A stretch of 64,000 bases of DNA, taken from assembly GCA_045591425.1 (NCBI GenBank), contig JAZNSX010000041.1:14804-78803 (forward strand). The letters run 5' to 3'. Below, one piece after another: positions 63,281 to 64,000 of the stretch. Below the pieces are notes generated by a model. The model ran no database searches and had not been told where the DNA came from. It saw nothing but the letters and a program-made list of their open reading frames with translations. Origin of the DNA: Acutalibacteraceae bacterium. GTDB taxonomy: Bacteria > Bacillota > Clostridia > Oscillospirales > Acutalibacteraceae. The position numbers and the translations under genes were made by a program. Within the stretch, counting starts at the first letter, position 1. Each line of letters begins with the position of its first letter.

Positions 63281-64000
63281 ATGAAATATGCAAAGGTTGC
63301 TGTTGAAGCGGCTGCTTTCACCTTTGATAAAGAATTTGATTATATAATTCCTCCCGAGCTTGAGTCTTCGCTTCTGAAAGGCTGCCGTGTGACCGTTCCT
63401 TTCGGTGCAGGCAACCGCAAAAGGCTCGGCATGGTTTTTGATGTGACGGATTATTCCGAAGGCAAAAGGCTGAAAAAAATCAGCGAGGTTCTCGACGAAT
63501 CACCGCTTCTCAGCGACGAAATGCTTCAGCTTGCAAGATGGATAAAAGACAGGACCTTCTGCACTCTTTACGAAGCGGCAAAGGCAATGCTGCCGTCAGG
63601 TGTTAACCACAGAATGGTTGTTTCTTATGCAGTCAGCGGAGAAGCGTGTAAGGAAGAAACCGATAAGCTTTCGGGCGCAGAAAAAGAAATTATTGATTTT
63701 CTTTCAGCAAAGGGAGTTTTTGTCAAAAGCGACACAATTTTTAAATTCCTTGCAATGATTCCCGATTTGTCAATAACCGAAGGTCTTGTAAAAAAAGGTT
63801 TTTTGGTGTGCAACCGTGATGCAGTGCGTAATCTCGGCGATTTAACCGTCAGAATGATGCGCCTGCTGCCCGAAGAAACCGAAGTTAAGCTTACAAAAAA
63901 GCAGCAGCAGATGGTTGATGTTTTGCGGGATATCGGAACGGCAAGTGTTAAAGAACTTTGCTATTTCACGGGGCTTACTCCCGCGGTTGCCAATGCGCTT
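63281..64000 (+). CDS. priA: primosomal protein N' (3'-truncated by window edge)
   Basis: Hand translation MKYAKVAVEAAAFTFDKEFDYIIP...GCRVTVPFGAGNRKRLGMV; RBS GGGAG; follows rpoZ. Confidence 0.88.
   Translation, partial: MKYAKVAVEAAAFTFDKEFDYIIPPELESSLLKGCRVTVPFGAGNRKRLGMVFDVTDYSEGKRLKKISEVLDESPLLSDEMLQLARWIKDRTFCTLYEAAKAMLPSGVNHRMVVSYAVSGEACKEETDKLSGAEKEIIDFLSAKGVFVKSDTIFKFLAMIPDLSITEGLVKKGFLVCNRDAVRNLGDLTVRMMRLLPEETEVKLTKKQQQMVDVLRDIGTASVKELCYFTGLTPAVANAL

Noticed and set aside
50245-63281. Absence of glmM after cdaR, prfA after prmC and coaBC after rpoZ
   Set aside because: These differ from the Bacillus gene order, but such rearrangements are common in Clostridia. Gene loss cannot be inferred from one window.
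1-64000. CRISPR arrays, tRNA/rRNA genes, transposases, integrases, prophage or defence genes
   Set aside because: I saw no regularly spaced repeats, RNA-gene signatures or matching protein motifs. Nearly all the sequence is explained by ordinary genes.
63281-64000. Apparent ORF-free end of the window
   Set aside because: It is the 5' part of priA running off the window edge, so the ORF track omitted it.

Overview
Chromosomal core-genome window from a spore-forming Clostridia bacterium, probably Oscillospiraceae/Acutalibacteraceae-like (inferred from gene content and order). I saw no rRNA, tRNA, CRISPR array, transposase, integrase or phage genes. In order it holds: the 3' end of iolE; ylmC/ymxH; an unannotated 43-aa small ORF with its own promoter and structured 3' UTR; rhaA-rhaD-fucO; a GT2-TagF fusion; a BlaI/BlaR1(M56)-type pair; type III glutamine synthetase behind an ANTAR-like attenuator; and uppP. 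A 10-gene minus-strand operon follows (degenerate LeuA homologue, TIM-barrel/acyl-CoA ligase fusion, IlvE, P-loop protein, four-subunit VOR-type 2-oxoacid:ferredoxin oxidoreductase, XRE-cupin regulator, second acyl-CoA ligase). Next come mutT, arsC/spx, an InlB-B-repeat surface protein behind a structured leader, spoIIGA-sigE-plsY, several metabolic genes, rodA/ftsW, and a membrane-tethered ECF-sigma-like protein with WG repeats and SH3b. The window ends with T-box alaS and a long housekeeping run to priA (comEC, holA, rnmV, ispF, cdaA-cdaR, a two-component system, prmC, scpAB, gerW, dacB, rluB, yloC, remA, gmk, rpoZ). The best candidate for an undescribed system is the 14.5-25 kb operon. It looks like a branched-chain acid/amino-acid interconversion pathway, headed by a catalytically eroded LeuA that keeps its leucine-binding domain and is coupled to an unusual TIM-barrel/ligase fusion. 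All family assignments come from motif recognition by eye, not from database searches.
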